Below are positions 61,677 to 64,000 of a DNA stretch of 64,000 bases, in pieces (the first letter of the stretch is position 1; each line of letters begins with the position of its first letter). A model generated the notes under the pieces. The model was not told where the DNA came from. It ran no database searches and worked only from the letters and a program-made list of their open reading frames with translations. Origin of the DNA: an uncultured Halobacteriovorax sp. Lineage in GTDB: Bacteria > Bdellovibrionota > Bacteriovoracia > Bacteriovoracales > Bacteriovoracaceae. Position numbers and translations under genes: made by a program. The stretch covers positions 217,006 through 281,005 of the forward strand of contig CAJXVS010000005.1 in NCBI GenBank assembly GCA_913061265.1, given 5' to 3'.

Positions 61677-63275
61677 ATGGCCGAAAAGAATAATAACGCT
61701 GGACCAGTCCATTGGGCCGATTTTACGGCCGACAGAATCATCAAACAAATTGGTGATAAAGAGTCCTATGTTCTCGCTAGTGGCATCACTCCTTCAGGCG
61801 TTGTTCACTTTGGAAACTTCAGAGAAACAATCACTGTAGATTTCGTAGCGCGCGCTCTTAGGAAACGCGGGAAGAAAGTTCGCTTTATCTTTAGCTGGGA
61901 TGATTACGATACGTTTAGAAAAGTTCCTTTAAATATGCCTAAGCAAGATGAGCTTAAGAAATATCTGTATCAACCAATTGTTGATACTCCAGATCCTTAT
62001 GGTGAACATGAGTCTTATGCCTCTCATCAAGAGAAAGCTTATGAAGCTCAGGTTAAGAAAGTTGGTGTTGAAGTAGAGCCTATCTATCAGGCCCATCAAT
62101 ACCGCGCTGGAACTTATAAAGAAGGTATTAAAAAGGCCTTAGAAAATAGAGATGTTATTGCTTCAATCTTAAATGAGCATAGAACAACTCCCCTCGCAGC
62201 TGACTGGCAACCAGTTTCAGTTTACTGCGAAAAATGTAATACAGACCACGATATTAAAAATATTAAATTCGCTAGCGACGCCATCACTTATGATTGCTCT
62301 GCTTGTGGTCACTCAGGTAGCGAAGACTTAAATGATACTTCAAGAGTTAAGCTTCCATGGAGAATTGACTGGCCTATGAGATGGGCCTTTGAAAAAGTCG
62401 ACTTTGAGCCAGGTGGAAAAGATCACTCTTCTCAAGGGGGATCATTCTCTACGGCCAAAGAGATTGTTAAAGCCGTTTATGATTGGCAGGCTCCTGTTTA
62501 TCTTCAGTATGACTTTGTAAGCATCAAAGGCGCTGGCGGGAAGATGAGTTCTTCAACAGGAAATATTATTACTGTAAATGATGTGCTCAAGGTTTATGAA
62601 CCGGAGATGGTTCGCTGGATCTTCGCTTCTTATAAATCAAATGTAGATTTCTCAGTAAGCTTTGACTTAGATGTTATTAAAACTTACGAAGACTATGATC
62701 GTCAGGAGCGCCTCGTCTACGGACTTGAACAAGGAAATGAAAAGAAAGTAAACATGGCCAAAAGAGTCTATGAAATCTCTCAAATCAATAGTGATGATGT
62801 CATTCCTTCCGAGATGCCTTTTCAACCAAGTTTTCGTCACCTTTGTAACATCCTTCAGATCAATGATGGAGAGATTGCTAAGGCCAGAGAAGCTTACGCC
62901 AGTGAAATTAAGAATGAACGAGACGAAAGACGTTTTAATGAAAGAAGTGAAAGAGCCCTTTTCTGGTTAGAGAATTACGCCCCTGAAGACTTTAAGTTTC
63001 AAATCAACAAGGGTACTCCAGAGATAAAGCCAGATGAAAAACAAGGACAATACTTAACCGGCCTTAAAGAATTACTTGGTGCCGAATGGGATAATATCGC
63101 TACAGATAAAGACCTTCACGAAAAGATGTACGAGCTTCTCCACAAGATTGAGCTCGAGCCTAAAGAAGTCTTCCCTATGATGTATAATATCTTAATCTCA
63201 AGGGAAAAAGGGCCAAAGCTAGCAGGTTTTATTAGAACAATCGGAAAAGAGAGAGTGATCTCGCTTCTTCCTTAG
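61677..63275 (+). CDS. lysK: class I lysyl-tRNA synthetase
   Basis: AAGGAG SD. PSGVVHFGNFRE (HIGH-type), WDDYD and GGKMSSSTGN (KMSKS-type). 532 aa, typical of class I LysRS. Confidence 0.9.
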   Translation: MAEKNNNAGPVHWADFTADRIIKQIGDKESYVLASGITPSGVVHFGNFRETITVDFVARALRKRGKKVRFIFSWDDYDTFRKVPLNMPKQDELKKYLYQPIVDTPDPYGEHESYASHQEKAYEAQVKKVGVEVEPIYQAHQYRAGTYKEGIKKALENRDVIASILNEHRTTPLAADWQPVSVYCEKCNTDHDIKNIKFASDAITYDCSACGHSGSEDLNDTSRVKLPWRIDWPMRWAFEKVDFEPGGKDHSSQGGSFSTAKEIVKAVYDWQAPVYLQYDFVSIKGAGGKMSSSTGNIITVNDVLKVYEPEMVRWIFASYKSNVDFSVSFDLDVIKTYEDYDRQERLVYGLEQGNEKKVNMAKRVYEISQINSDDVIPSEMPFQPSFRHLCNILQINDGEIAKAREAYASEIKNERDERRFNERSERALFWLENYAPEDFKFQINKGTPEIKPDEKQGQYLTGLKELLGAEWDNIATDKDLHEKMYELLHKIELEPKEVFPMMYNILISREKGPKLAGFIRTIGKERVISLLP

Positions 63276-63283
63276 GAATATTG

Positions 63284-64000
63284 ATGAATCTTGAAGAATT
63301 AAGAAAAAGAAGAGAAGCCCTTATAGAAAACCTTGGTGGAGCAGCAGCTGTCTTTGCTGCTTCTACTCACCAAGTAAGAAGTAATGATACTGAATTTCCT
63401 TTCAGACAAAATAGTAACTTCTTCTATTTAACAGGTCTTCATGAACCAGATGCTTTCTTTGTTATAACCCCTAAAGGGAAAACCGCCATTACTACTCTTT
63501 TTGTAAGACCCAAAGATCCCAAGATGGAACAATGGACAGGTCTTAGATTAGGGACTGAGAAGGCGCGGGAACTATCTGGCGTTGATCAGTGTTTTGAGAT
63601 TGCTGAATTTAAAACAATGCTTCCAAAGCTCTTAGCCGGTCACGATACGGTCTCTTATGATTTTTACGAAGGCGAAACTCTTTGGCCTACTATCTTAGAT
63701 TCATTAAAAACTTTACGAAGAAACAGAAAATCAACAGACCCAAGACCCCTTAAGACAATGGATCTTGGAGAGCTCGTCGGTCGTCTTAGATTGATTAAAT
63801 CAGACTATGAGGTTGATCAAATGAGATCTGCCGCTAAGATTACAGACAAGGCCCACAGAGCGGCTATGGCCTTTTCAGCTCCAGGCAAGAATGAAAAAGA
63901 AGTTCAGGCCTTAATGGAATACCTTTTTCAACTCCATGGTGGAGACGGAAATGCCTACGATAATATTGTCGCCACCGGTGAGAACGGCTTAATCCTTCAC
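63284..64000 (+). CDS. pepP: Xaa-Pro aminopeptidase (M24B), 3' end outside the window
   Basis: My own translation gives MNLEELRKRREALIENL...EFPFRQNSNFFYLTGLHEPDAFFVI...YDNIVATGENGLILH, which parallels E. coli PepP. The frame is open to nt 64000. Confidence 0.9.
   Translation, partial: MNLEELRKRREALIENLGGAAAVFAASTHQVRSNDTEFPFRQNSNFFYLTGLHEPDAFFVITPKGKTAITTLFVRPKDPKMEQWTGLRLGTEKARELSGVDQCFEIAEFKTMLPKLLAGHDTVSYDFYEGETLWPTILDSLKTLRRNRKSTDPRPLKTMDLGELVGRLRLIKSDYEVDQMRSAAKITDKAHRAAMAFSAPGKNEKEVQALMEYLFQLHGGDGNAYDNIVATGENGLILH

Noticed and set aside
265-62970. About 40 short ORFs in the six-frame track that lie inside or antisense to longer genes. Examples: 265..465, 2101..2313, 4031..4228, 5341..5649, 6591..6842, 7293..7550, 10085..10288, 16917..17207, 19799..20119, 25360..25599, 27639..27917, 35073..35339, 41039..41347, 44715..45017, 48309..48623, 50882..51241, 52039..52323, 53032..53331, 56881..57069, 62770..62970.
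   Set aside because: Each is fully overlapped by a longer ORF that has recognisable family motifs or a signal peptide. The short ORFs have odd composition and no SD, so they are most likely shadow ORFs.
1-64000. CRISPR arrays, rRNA or tRNA genes, transposases or IS elements, and known anti-phage defence gene families.
   Set aside because: Reading the intergenic regions and ORF products by eye revealed none. A proper scan (tRNAscan-SE, Infernal, ISfinder, DefenseFinder/PADLOC) is still needed to exclude them.

Overview
64-kb bacterial chromosomal segment with about 70 protein-coding genes. I saw no rRNA, tRNA or CRISPR array. GC is low: my hand counts on single 60-nt lines gave about 42-45% in housekeeping genes and 22-35% in a 2.6-kb islet at 32.1-34.7 kb. 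Roughly half of the genes encode signal-peptide or lipobox proteins with no family I can name. These sit alongside a PBP4-type DD-endopeptidase plus periplasmic ankyrin pair, other wall-active hydrolases (papain-like amidase, YiiX-like, DUF1343/NamZ-like) and a penicillin/AHL-acylase homologue. That mix suggests a Bdellovibrio-and-like predatory bacterium, possibly Bacteriovoracaceae/Halobacteriovorax-like; this is inference only. Recognisable genes: lspA, acyl-CoA dehydrogenase, stand-alone mnmC-type methyltransferase, FabK/nitronate monooxygenase family, htpX, cNMP-gated K+ channel, kamA, plsC, tyrosine recombinase, lemA-TPM-TPM, folA-thyA, the liv ABC transporter, class I LysRS and pepP (3' partial). 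Four loci deserve a second look. (1) 31.3-34.7 kb holds a Gp49/HigB-like toxin and HTH antitoxin, then a second 5'-truncated antitoxin copy that appears to be under purifying selection. It also holds three copies of a 28-60 bp repeat, arranged so that a 195-bp promoter-bearing segment and a whole secreted-protein gene are each bracketed by inverted repeats (candidate inversion switch), plus two AT-rich 313-aa secreted-protein genes. (2) 6.4-12.0 kb is an operon of four exported proteins: a lipoprotein with two uracil-DNA-glycosylase-fold-like halves and a COG0402-type amidohydrolase at the ends, with two small exported proteins between. (3) and (4) are two translationally coupled wall-hydrolase plus small periplasmic partner pairs. 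One matches the known Bd3459/Bd3460 ankyrin self-protection paradigm. The other (Cys-rich papain-like enzyme plus 122-aa partner) is undescribed as far as I can tell. All family calls rest on motifs read by eye; no searches were run.
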